NCBI GenBank assembly: GCA_964016885.1
Contig: OZ024742.1
Location: 51,646,001-51,710,000, forward strand
DNA: 64,000 nucleotides
Direction of reading: 5' to 3'
Source of the DNA: Eledone cirrhosa
Taxonomy: Eukaryota
Shown here one piece after another: positions 13,459 to 28,779 of this stretch; within the stretch, counting starts at the first letter, position 1, and each line of letters starts with the position of its first letter. A model generated the notes under the pieces. That model searched no databases and was not told the origin of the DNA. It was given only the letters and a program-made list of their open reading frames with translations. Both the position numbers and the translations under genes were made by a program.

Positions 13459-13799
13459 TTTATACCCTTTATTCTTTCCTTACCTTATAAAATTATATGT
13501 TTTTTCACAAAAAAGTACTCTGTCTCTTATATATTCCATGTGCCATTACGAACCTCAATTTTCTCTATATCCTTCGTTTTGTGTAGAAACTTACACTTTT
13601 CATATATATATATATATATATAATATTATAATATATAAGATCAAAAGATGGTTAAATGAGTATATATATGTAGAAATAAACACAGTAGATTGTGTGTATA
13701 CAATTACGGGGATTGAAATACCACATTGGATTTATAAATTTAACCTGAAGCAAACGGAAGATGTAGAATATATATACAGACCGTCTCAATAACTATCTC

Positions 13800-13887
13800 A
13801 TCTCTCGGACAGATTAGAGATTAATCTGTTTCGCTCTGAAAATTATGTTTGTAATAGATAATCTGTAGGCTTTCCTCAGCAAGAGAT
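13800..13887 (-). ncRNA. Type I hammerhead with expanded loop II
   Basis: ATCTCTTG-CTGAGGA-AAGCC...AGC-GAAA-CAGATTA atctc TAATCTG-TC-CGAGAGAT. Confidence 0.75.
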
Positions 13888-14107
13888 ACAATCAAATGGA
13901 AAAAAACACATACAACTAAAAGCCACAGGAATGAATATCTCACCTCGTACGCTGGACGTTAGAAGTGGTGTGAGTGGGTATGCTAAAAATAATAGCCTAA
14001 ATACACCAAACTTATAAGCTCACCTAGAAATACGAATAAAATACAGAGCTACTAACTCATATTGATACCCTGCAATTAACAAGCTCAAAGTATAAATACT
14101 GAGCATT

Positions 14108-14291
14108 TGGATTGGCAGTATTGGTAGAGGGTCGGGCGCCATGCTTTGGCATATAGAGTTAAGGCCCTTGCCATTCTGAGTTCAAATCCCGCCAAGGTTA
14201 ACTTTGACTTTCATCCTTACGGGGTCGATAAAATAAAGTACCAGTAATGCATTGGGTAATTACTGGCCTTGTGCCTGACGTAGAAACAATT
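14108..14291 (+). mobile_element. tRNA-derived SINE inside HHR unit
   Basis: Same family as 7431; same position in both arms of the unit. Confidence 0.85.
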
Positions 14292-14538
14292 ATATAATAA
14301 TATATGTAGAAATAAACACAGTAAATAAACTCAGCGTTAATATCAGGATATCAATATGAGTTAGTAACTTTGTATTTTATTTGAATTTCGGCTCCCTAAC
14401 TAGGTGAGCTTATAAGTTGGGTGTATTAAGGCTATTGTTTTTAGCATATCCACTCACACCACTTCTAACGTCCAGCGCACGAGGTGAAATATTCATTCAT
14501 GTGGGTTTTAGTTGTATGTGTTTGTTCCATTTGATCTT

Positions 14539-14627
14539 ATCTCTCGCTGAGGAAAGCCTACGGATTATCTGTTACAAACACAATTTTCAGGGCGAAACAG
14601 AATAAATTTCTAATCTGTCCGAGAGAT
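14539..14627 (+). ncRNA. Type I hammerhead with expanded loop II
   Basis: 8-bp stem I ATCTCTCG/CGAGAGAT, core CTGAGGA, stem II GCC/GGC, GAAA, stem III ACAGA/TCTGT, GUC triplet. Confidence 0.8.
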
Positions 14628-14769
14628 GAAATAGATATTGAGACAGTCTGTATATATATTCTATATCTTCCGTTTGCTTCAAGTTAAATTTATAAAACCA
14701 ATATGGTATTTCAACCCTCGTAATTTTAGACACAATTTACTGTGTTTATTTCTACTTATATTAATATAT

Positions 14770-14953
14770 ATTTGTTTTTACTTTAGGCACAAGGCCAAAA
14801 ATTACCCAGTGCATTACTGGTACTTTATTTTATCGACCCCGTAAGGATGAAAGGCAAAATCAACCTCGGCGGGATTTGAACTCAAATCGTAAAGGGACGT
14901 AACTATGCTGGAAAGCATGGCGTCCGAACCTCTACCGATACTGCCAATCCACC
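14770..14953 (-). mobile_element. tRNA-derived SINE inside HHR unit
   Basis: Reverse complement of the SINE family consensus. Confidence 0.85.
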
Positions 14954-15027
14954 GAATGCTCAGTATTTATACTTTGAGCTTGTTAATTGCCGATTATGAA
15001 TATGAGTTAGTAAATCTGTATTTTATT

Positions 15028-15265
<238 letters not shown>

Positions 15266-15272
15266 ATATATA

Positions 15273-17591
<2,319 letters not shown>

Positions 17592-17927
17592 TTATATATA
17601 TGTATATATATGTATATATATGTATATATGTGTAAATATGATAATAATGGAGCTGCGGCGTTGCAAATGGGTTACATATGAAAAAGTTTGTCCTTCATCA
17701 GTGGCCTTCCAACCGTCACAGGCATTTCATCGCTTTAAAGGCCATATACCTCAGGTTGGGGCGAGCAACGGCTAAAAAAAGTCGTTGGGACACGTAAATA
17801 AAGGGGACGTTAGGGTAAACAAACAAAATGGTTTAAGCAACAGAAAGTGATGAAGAAAGAGACAAGTCCCAGATTTCTATGAATATAGAAATGTTTTGCA
17901 AGTATATTGAAAGCAAACGTTTAGAAT

Positions 17928-18435
17928 ATGACAGCAGTGACAAAACCAAACTATGAGGATGTGAGAAATGCTTGTGATCAGCTTTAGAAGGAGGTTATAT
18001 TGATACAGATGGAATATATTGTGATATATAAATTATTCCACAAACGCAGACCTTCGTTGCATGCCGCCATCAGAGCTCAGGTCCTTGTTATAAGCATATT
18101 AGTTAAAGAGGCTCCATGAAATATATATTGGGATTAATTTGTTGACCATGTTATTTACTGGTTTATGTTCGTTTGAAGAAGGTTCAACAAATATATATCA
18201 TATTCCCCTTCGATCGACGAATTTGAAACGTTGTATTGATATCAGGAAAACCAAAATGTAGTTTATGAACTTGTTTACAATATTCAATATGCATTCTTGA
18301 TATTATAAAATCGAGATTAAAAACAAAACATAAGTAGGGCTTCAACAACTTTCAATGTGTAGGATACATAAAGAGAATGATTTCTTTGCAGTGTAATCAT
18401 AAAATAGTGTTCTGACAAGAGTCAATATATAATCT
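17928..18435 (+). repeat. ~500-bp element, inverted copy of 4794-5299, followed by (TTC)n; HHR-like motif 18168-18237
   Basis: TTGAAGA-AGGTTC...GAATTT-GAAA-CG-TT; alignment to 4794-5299. Confidence 0.8.
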
Positions 18436-18879
18436 TCACCTTCTTCTTCTTCTTCTTCTTCTTCTTCTTCTTCTTCTTCTTCGTTGTCGTCGTCGTCGTC
18501 GTCGTCGTCGTCGTCTTCTTCTTCTTCTTCTTCTTCTTCTTCTTCTTCTTCTTCTTCTTCTTCTTCTTCTTCTTCTTCTTCTTCTTCTTCTTCTTCTTCT
18601 TCTTGAGTGGTTCGTGGAAGCAGTATTCAAGCACGTCTTCCAGCGACCTTTGTCAGAATCAATTGTCGCAAACTTGCATGACAAGTGTGGATGTTGCTGG
18701 GTCCAAACTAGGTGAGAAACATTTTGATGTGTGGCTCGGACGCAGCACATCCGACCAAATATTCACACTACGGTAGAACATGAGAGTATCGCTAAAGTGG
18801 TGTATTTTTTAAAATAAACTCCGAAAAGGGATATAGCCACGTTCTACGAGACATATAAGGCTCTGCAGGTGTATGGCAA

Positions 18880-19380
18880 TGGCATAAAGGTTTCTTGTTG
18901 CCCTGATGTTTGTATACAAATGCCTTATTATTTGATTTCTGAGAAAGGGTGCTAAGTCGAAGTCACCCCGCCAGGGGTGGGTACTGTCAACTTCCTGTTC
19001 ATAATGTTCATGAACAGGATAACTATGCGCAGTCGGGTTAATAATGTTATCAAAACTGGCCGGTATAGTATCAGTCGACTGGAATTTTCTGATAACATGG
19101 TGGTATTTAATTCATCAAACGGTGATTTCCAACAAGCACTTGATAAGTTTGCTGCTGAGTGCTGCAGCGCAAAAATGAAAATAACTGCTTCAATCATTGC
19201 AATACTCTGGTGGCGAATGCTTGTACAGTGCATAAAACATGTGAGTTGAATTCCACTGATGCAGACGGAAGAGTTGAAATATTTCGCGTCCTTGTTAACG
19301 AGAGATGGAATGGGGGAGGCTGAATTAAATGCATGACGTGCAGCTACTCGTGTAGTATTGCACCACTATTTGCATTAGCT
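18880..19380 (+). pseudogene. Decayed RTE-clade LINE reverse transcriptase fragment
   Basis: LFIMFMNRI...SISRLEFSDNMVVF...FQQALDKFAAECCSAKMKIT resembles the RTE/Expander RT FADD region. Confidence 0.75.
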
Positions 19381-20269
19381 ATCCCAAAAAAAATCTCTCT
19401 TGACACGAACATCCAGTACAAAATAAAAATATCAGATACAATAATCTCGATTATATCTAGCCGGTAGAAAGGCCTGCTCGAAGTTCATGCTACCTACCTG
19501 CTTCAGTTGCCAATTGTTTTAGTTTTCCTATTCTAAAATTTAGCGAACATGCTGCAAGTGATATATAACGACTCGGCATCCGGAAATGAAGGTTAGTTGC
19601 GATATAAGCTGGCTCTTGCCGGACGAATAAACAACCCAGACTAACGGTGGAGAAGATGGAACAATGGGTCACGCCGTTAGCTCCCACGAAACTGTCACTA
19701 CTAAGTGATGTATTTAGGATGAGGAGAATAAAAGCCGCCTCCTAAAACTCCTAGTTTTCGCGTGCCTATGAAAGGTTCCAAATTGGTGGCTGTCGCGAAT
19801 GAGACAGCTAAAACCTGCCATGTTTAGATACAACAAAAGCAATCATATCCCATCGGCTTTCACGCAGGGAAACAAGGGATGTATTCAGACTTTAGGTAAA
19901 GAGGCATACTCGAAAAATATATAGCAGTCTCTACTCAATGTTGTGAGAACTGTCGATGAACCTGCGATCTGCCATTCAAGGAGTGGGATGGACGCACGAC
20001 AGTTGCCTATCCCGAACCTATTCTGTAATGTCTAACAATAGTTGATATAATAGCCTGGAGAACAGTCAAGCATGAGCTGAGTGAGGCACTAAGCCATGTC
20101 CATCTCAGGGTGGGAGTCAAATGTGGATGGAATAAGCCTATCCATACTGCCAGTCACTGCATACAGCCCAGGTATCCATTTCACATTGTGAAGCTAGGCA
20201 TGACAAATGCATTCAACAGCGTTAGGCGGGATCCTAGATTATAGACGCGTCTAATATATATTCCCTTGT

Positions 20270-20845
20270 TTCTTCCCCTAGCACGCCACTCCTATGGGAC
20301 ACATAGCACAATCATGGCTGCGACCTATCTCTCCTTATTCTCCTCCAGCCAAACTCTCATCAGCGAGATACTCTGCAAAATGACAGAAACTGCCGTGACC
20401 CGTGAACTGGAGTCAGCCCAGGCCGAATGGACCAGTGAAGACGCCTCACCGTCCTCCACGACACTCGCGTTTAACGTAACTGGGATGATATCAAGTGCTG
20501 GTCTTCCTTCAGGCGGATTGAGTCTTCCTTGTGCTTACACAGTCTCGTGTGCCTCTGTTCCACTTCGAAAGCAAACAGAGGTGCGTGGTTCAATTCAGTA
20601 CTTTCCCCATTAACATTTGTTGATGATGAGTGTGTTCGCATTGGAGTATCCGTCTACCTCAGCCTCCGCACAAATGCTGCTGTTGGACTGATGTTGAATA
20701 GTTCGGTCTGCAACCATTAACATGCTGACTTAACGCAGTCCGGTTTCCCCGTCACGCCGCTCTGAACTACATCATCAAAAAGAGCTTGACTCAGCAGGGT
20801 TTCAGTCACAGCAGGAAGCAGCTGGTTTCGAGAAAGGCGATTATA
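20270..20845 (+). pseudogene. Decayed CRE-clade non-LTR retrotransposon C-terminal fragment
   Basis: Homologous to 22900-23830; RHAALNYIIKRA motif near 20750. Confidence 0.6.
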
Positions 20846-21029
20846 ATCACCCTGAGAGAGATAAATCCATAATATGGGATGCGAAGTGACGCAGCTTGTT
20901 CCCTGCCTCTCAGTCTGTGACTTCGGCCCCCAATCTGGAAAGTGTTGCCCGGAATGCAGAGGAGAGAGGATAAATATATACGATGGATGATCGACCGCTT
21001 CTTTTTCGTGACGGCCACTAAATATAAGA

Positions 21030-21420
21030 TAGTGTTACACATGAGATGATGTATGCCGCAGTGTGAGGTGTAATACTCGCAAGACTATGTAACATCATTT
21101 GATGGATTCCAAACTATGAGGTGTAATAGTCATATGACTGTGTTACACATCATCTCATGGATACCGAAGTGTGAAGTGAAATTGTCATATGCATGTGATA
21201 CATATTATCTGAAGAACGCTGGAGTGTGAGGTAAAATTGACATAAGATTGCATTACACATTAACAGATACATGCAGATGAGTGAGGTCTACTAGACATAT
21301 GACTGTGTTACACATCATCTAATGGGTGACAGATTGTGAGGTGCATTAGATATAAGACTGTGTTACACTACACCTGATAGATACCGGTGTGTGAGCATCA
21401 CTACAGACAAGACAGTGATA
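21030..21420 (+). repeat. Degenerate ~58-bp minisatellite
   Basis: Recurring gtgtgaggtgtaat...catatgactgtgttacacatcatct. Confidence 0.7.
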
Positions 21421-22178
21421 CAAATATTCCATCTACATACCCTCTTATCAAAAACCAGAGAAGAATAAAGATATACGACGTAGAATGTTATCATGAATAT
21501 AATCCGATTATTTTCCAGTGCACAGGAGAATCCATATCTGTTAGAATTATGTTAATAATTATTGGATTAAAGGCGATATTAACTAAATAAATTGGGCCTA
21601 ATTATAGAAGAATGCTGTTTATTTTATTTAGCTCATATGATAAAAAATGTTATTACTTGTCAAATTAGAACTCCGGATGTGTGGGACGAACCAAATCTAT
21701 TAATCATTTTCATACAAAAGAATAATTGAATCATAGTCGTACTAATTCGTTTGAACCTAATAAATCATTGCTGTAATTATCGTGATGTTGTCATCACATC
21801 CACCACCATCGAAATCAACCTCATATTAATATTTACTCCTCCCATCATTATTTCTAACATCATCGTCATTATCATGTTCTTTTTTGTTTTATTTATTTTT
21901 CATAATACTAGTAAGGCTGGGGCGCGTTTACACACAACATATTTCTAAGCACCAACATGTTGTATCGTTTTATACGTAATGCCCAAATGATACTAGGTCT
22001 TATTATCAAATTGTTTGAAATGTATTTATTTTGACTCCTAAAAGTCTTTAAACACATACACATTACGCTGAGAATTTCCCAGTCAAGAGTGTATGAGAGC
22101 TGTATAATGCTGAGGTAAATTTGAAATACACTTCAGAGTTGTGCGCAGGTTGATGGTCACTGAAAAGTTTGTCAACTC

Positions 22179-22280
22179 CAGGGTTTCCAAACCTGGGCGA
22201 TATCACCCAGTGGGTGATTTCAACTGTTTGGTGAGCGCGAGCAATTAGTGAGCAATTGGAAATTTTGGTGGGTGATTTTT
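22179..22280 (+). mobile_element. Possible hAT (Charlie-like) transposon end
   Basis: cagggtttccaaacctggg resembles hAT TIRs; partner end not found. Confidence 0.35.
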
Positions 22281-22899
22281 GAGTATCACGAAGGTACATA
22301 TGGTACCTGAAAATATATTCAAAGGAAATAGGCAAAGAACCTGTAGAAAACAGAACGGGGTGCTAAATGGAGATAATAGTGCCACATTCTTTGATAAGGC
22401 AAAGACGAAACAATTTTGCATCTTCTATAGTTTTGAAAAGGGTCATTTATATTCAATTAATTCTTCGGGCGAAATAATACTTTTTTTCAGCCAAATCAAT
22501 TAAGGGAAGACTAAGAGAAGCTTTGGCAATAAAATTTAATTGTTTCTATTTATGTCTTCCGTTCATAAAAATAGATTTGAGTAGATTTGAGTAGATTTTG
22601 AATGTTTTGAAAACGGTAAAAAATTAAAACAGTATTTTGATAAAATTAACTATAAAGGATAAAGTTACGTTTTAAGGAGTTTTTACATGAAGTTATTTTT
22701 TGGAGAGCTATTTCATTGTCGCACCTATTGATCGAGATAGGAGTGGCTCACGTATTAACTTTTGTTTTTTCTTACATTATTGTTTCACACACTCGCTCAC
22801 TTGATGTTAAAATGGTGCACAAAAGTTAAAATCGATGCCAATCCGATGCTGTGCGAAACTGATTTGCAATGTTAGTTTCGACAGAAACGTGTAACAACA

Positions 22900-23830
22900 G
22901 GCAAAGCTCCCTATGAAGTTCGGTGGGCTAGAGATCCGATCCGCATCAGATCTGGCACTGCCGGGTTTCCCTCTTTTCAATCTCCTCCAGTCGCACCCTC
23001 ATCGGCGATGTCCTCAGCATGATGGCAAAATCTGACGTGACCCTAGAACTGGAGCAGTCGTTGGCTGTCTGGACTAACAAAGACCTCTTCACTCTCCATT
23101 ATACAAATCCTCCACGTAACTGGGACGACATGAATCGCATATCAAACCTCAGGTGGATCCCGACAGATATGGAGCAACACCATCTCGCCTGCCTCTATTC
23201 TACCTCTCAGCCAAAGAGCGGCACGTGGCTCAAGTCAATGCCCGCCTCATCAAACGGTACTCTACTTGGTGACGAATCCCCTTGCATTAGCGTGGCCCAG
23301 CGCCTCGGCCACCGCATATACGACCCACATAAATGTTGTTGTGGTGCTCTCGTTGATGAATTCAACCTGCACTCTTTATCATGCTGCCAGAGCGTAGGTC
23401 GGTTCCCTCGACATGCCGCTCTCAAAGACATAACGAAAAGGAGCCTCGACACAGCCGACTTTCCGCCACAATTGGAGCCATTAGGAATTACCCACACCCC
23501 TTTTGAAGGATGTAAATCTCTTATCTGGAACGTGACAGAAAGTGACGCGTCCCCTGCCCCAACTTCGTTGACTCGGTCACACAACATCCAGTAGCGTGGC
23601 TCGCAAATCAGAGGATAGGAATGAAAGCAAATACCAATGTTTGTGTGGATGCTTCCTCTTCACACAAGTCGCCGTGGAGATCTCAGGGGTCATTGGTCCG
23701 CGGACAGATGAACTCCTCCGTAAAATCCAATCGATAGCCGCACCTCTTAGGAAAGAGCCACACTCTTGCCGCAGGTGTCGCTGCCCATTGACCGCGGAGA
23801 TGTCTTAGCCATTTTGTCCAAGATGTCTTT
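22900..23830 (+). pseudogene. CRE-clade non-LTR retrotransposon C-terminus (Zn knuckle + restriction-like endonuclease), decayed
   Basis: SGTWLKSMPASSNGTLLGDE...RLG...PHKCCCGALVD..LHSLSC..GRFPRHAALKDITKRSL...LEPLG...LIWNVT; FTQVAVEISGVIGP. Confidence 0.8.
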
Positions 23831-24099
23831 GCACAGCCGAAACAATGCTTGGACCTATCACCCTCTCCCTTTCCCCGTTTTCTTTCTACCTTTGTCAAGC
23901 ACTCCTTGCTCTTCCCTACGTTTTCTCTCATGTATGGCATTTATAGTCCTTTCAAATTCTACTTTCTTTTTCTCTATTTTTAACGAATTTATAGTTTTAT
24001 CAACATTAAATAAAATCTATATATGTGCATCCTTCCATATACTTATTGTGTTGTTATTTCTGTTTACCTTTTACACACACACACACACGCACACGCACA

Positions 24100-24180
<81 letters not shown>

Positions 24181-24193
24181 ATATATATATATA

Positions 24194-24258
<65 letters not shown>

Positions 24259-24797
24259 ACTTGTGTGTTTGCGAGAGAGAGAGATAATGTGTGCGTGTGT
24301 GCGTGTGTGTGTGTAACATGATATAATATATTGAAATATAAATGATTCTACAATACGTTCTACATTTGATACGAAATATACAGTATTTTAAAATTATATA
24401 TTTTCTCGAATATTATATGCATTATTGAATATAAGAATTATGTATGGGACGCATAGCTTTAAAGAATACTTGCTGAACATTTGCACACAATTTAATCAAT
24501 CATCAAGAGAGGAAATGTTTTTTCATGTTTTGGTTGCCATGACCAACAGTAGCAAAACAACATATTTATTAGGCGAATATAAAAGCTAATATTATTTATG
24601 TATGGGCCAATTATAGTGTTGAGTGTATGGATAGCATATTTAGCTCCAAGCAGTGACGTGATGTGACAGCGTTGTCCGGTAATTAACTATATGTTTTAAT
24701 ATTTGTTTGTGAGCGTTTCAAAAGTGAATTCTATTTTTTCACCGTAGCGTGATTTATATCACGCACTCATATGAAAGAATATGCAAACATACAGACA

Positions 24798-24859
<62 letters not shown>

Positions 24860-24864
24860 TACAT

Positions 24865-25230
<366 letters not shown>

Positions 25231-25439
25231 GGAGTTTTAGTTATGTTTTCCTGCTTGGTACAGGCATGTTCTTTGTAGAAATATTCAGATGTTGTTTCTG
25301 CATGATGAATATAAGTCAATAGAGTGCTCAACCGAGGGAGTAAACTTGGTGGGGTTGCCGGTTTAGTCACCGACGACCCGACTATGCGACATGTGGTACT
25401 GGGTTATATGTTACCAGTAGCACTCAAGAGTGAGCCGAC

Positions 25440-25476
<37 letters not shown>

Positions 25477-26387
25477 TACGTACGTATTCCTCGAAGATAT
25501 TCATTTCAACGTAAATGTTGCATAATTTACTTAAATATTAATCAATAACAATCACGCCTCAGATTTCTTAAAATTTGAAATGCTAAATTTTCGGAGAAGG
25601 TGTTTTAGATATGAGAACTCCTATCCTGATTATTTTAAGAATAGAATTTTTGACATTCCCAAAATTCATTTTCCAATGAATGACCTGACAATCATTTTGA
25701 ATCATATTTGAATCTATAAAAACATGTGTACAAATGTAGATTTCAATATAATGTTGTATTTATAACAATATCTGCGTAAGATGTGTATTGCTGTTACACC
25801 TCCATCAGCAACACTAGTTTCTGTTTGAAGTGATCGCATGCAGCATGGTATCATTCAAGTGTCACTTTCCAACATGATCTACATAATTTGATACAATTTT
25901 TGTTCTCTCTTGAAGAACTTTGAACAATTCCTATTATTTCCCTACATTTAACATTATCCGATTGATCTACACTATGGTATTAACCTTTGCCTCTTGATCA
26001 ATATTTTATTTGAATCCCTCTGAAGCCATGCTATTGTCCACAATCATCGTTGCAATAAAACATTATAAATGTATTTCATCTTCTTTGACTTTGAAAGTGT
26101 GTGGACAATGCTTAGGTATGTTTAAACATGATTGTACAACCAGTTGGAACATATTTATAGGAAATATATTCAGCGAAGTATGTAAAGCCAATGGGTGCAT
26201 ATTTATAGGTAGAATGAGTCCCCCAAAATACAGTTTCTAACAAATGATTTCGCGTCTAGAGGAAACATACTAAATATATTAAATTAAATAATATACACAT
26301 TACTCCTTTTTGCATGAAAGATAAATTTTATCATATTAGGTTAAACGCTACATGCCTGTACACGCGCACACTGACACACACACACGC

Positions 26388-26437
<50 letters not shown>

Positions 26438-26448
26438 GTGTGTGTGTA

Positions 26449-26514
<66 letters not shown>

Positions 26515-26633
26515 CAAAAGGGATAATTAATTTGTTGGTAATTCAAACAAATATAAGTGTGTATAACTGATTCAAAGCACTCGACAAGTTTTCTGGAGTA
26601 TAATATTCAATGATATTAATTTAATTGACATTC

Positions 26634-26813
26634 TGGATTGCCAGTATCAGTAGAGAGTCGGACGCCATGCTTTCCAGCATAGTTACGTCCCTTTACGATC
26701 TGAGTTCAAACCCCGCCGAGGTTGACTTTGCCTTTCATCCTTACGGGGTCGATAAAATAAAGTACCAGTAATGCTCTGGGTAATTGCTGGCCTTGTGCCT
26801 AAAGTAGAAACAA
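26634..26813 (+). mobile_element. tRNA-derived SINE with ~21-bp target-site duplication
   Basis: attaatttaattgacattctg on both sides (~26615 and ~26813). Confidence 0.9.
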
Positions 26814-27782
26814 TTAATTTAATTGACATTCTGAAAGTTATCCTCTTTACGATAGTTTTTCGAAATGCACAATAGTTTTTTCCTCTTCTTTGATCTTAAA
26901 ACTTTCACACATCTCTCGACTAAAATAATACATAATTTAAACTCTCATCCTTGAAAAATTAATCTCACACGAAATAATATATAATTTTCTTTATATATTT
27001 TCTGAGTAAATCATTCATCAAAGTTAACGGTTAGCAAACAAGATTGGAGTTATCTTTTCCTTTTCCTTTTTCTTTTCAAATCGACCAAACATAAACATTA
27101 TAAACTATATAACTTTACTAAATTAACAATATTCTGAAAACATTTTCAATGTTGGAACAAAATATTTGAATCTACAACTTGTTATCCTCTTACAACTTGA
27201 TCTACGTGTTTTTTTTTTATGTAGAATGGAAAATCAACCACCTTCGTAACTCATATGAGAAATGTAAACAACTAATAATTGTGACTTATTTCTATTTCTA
27301 TTTCTATAAAATCACCAATAATACTTATACATGCACAATTATTAATTAATATAGATATTGATATACTTACAACCTGTTGTAATATAATAAGTTAAAAGGT
27401 TCATACAACCATAATTCTTCATATAATATAATTGATTATATATACAATATTATAAGACATAATATAGCTAAATCATTTTTAAATTCTGGAATTTAAAAAT
27501 TCCTACAAATTGTTAATTATTTTTAAATTAACGTAAATACAAGCTCTTCTTTTTTTATTTTTCTTCTTCCTCCTCATACGTCCATATATCTTAATTATTT
27601 AAATCTACATAGCGCCTAAAAATAACGGGTTTTTTTCTAGCCCTATACCTCAACCTCATTTGCATACTCATCTTAATAATTTGAAATATCTGACTTCTCT
27701 TCTCTTTTCCCTCACTATCCAGGAAAAACTTGAACCGTTACGGTATTTTCTGGTTCTGTCAATATTTATAAAATAAACTTTG

Positions 27783-27843
27783 TATTTTATCTGATGAGGG
27801 CGTACCAAAGTTTTGGTACCTTTGAAATATATATTATAGAATA
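27783..27843 (+). ncRNA. Minimal hammerhead followed by AATAAA and (TA)n
   Basis: TATTTTAT-CTGATGA-GGGC GTACCAA agtt TTGGTAC CTTT-GAAA-TATATA-TT-ATAGAATA; 8-bp stem I. Confidence 0.7.
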
Positions 27844-27927
27844 AATATGGTTTTATAAATATAGTTTCCATTTATTTAATATCATTGTATATATATGTGT
27901 GTATATATATATATATATATTATATAT

Positions 27928-28290
<363 letters not shown>

Positions 28291-28779
28291 AGTATTAATT
28301 TGGTTGTTGAATGTCACGTAAATAGGCACGTGACATTCAACATAAATATGAATGTTTAAAATGCAGTTGTAGGATTAAAAACTACATGAAAGGAAAGATT
28401 ACCCAATCTGTGAACAACTTTAATTTTAATTCTGACAAAACCTTGTCGAAGTTTTAAAGATCATCGACTATTTTGAAAAAATAAATGCAAATACTAAGGG
28501 ATAGACAAACACATCATAGCTAAACATATACGTCCCCTTCAACCAAATCGCAACTACAATCGTTGTATACAATGGAGCTACGATCTCAAGAGAGATTTAT
28601 GTGAAGTATATAAACAATCTAATCCCCCACATTTCTGTTTTATGCAGTCTAAAATATTTGTGGAACTTGAAACACACTGAATTAAAGTTTGTTTCCAAAA
28701 CATTTAAATGAACAGGCAAAATGCATCATTAGATATAAATTGTACATCTAACGGAGCTGCCTGAATCAAAGCATGCTGA

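Larger units (their letters stand above)
9136..13570 (+). mobile_element. Penelope-like retroelement (probably Neptune clade), 5'-truncated with inverted pLTR at left end
   Basis: 9136-9472 is the reverse complement of 13243-13570; RT and GIY-YIG coding region in between; (TA)n on both flanks. Confidence 0.92.

Noticed and set aside
25780-26245. Exon-like unique sequence on the minus strand
   Set aside because: The frames I checked hit stops and gave no recognisable protein; cannot be supported without RNA-seq.
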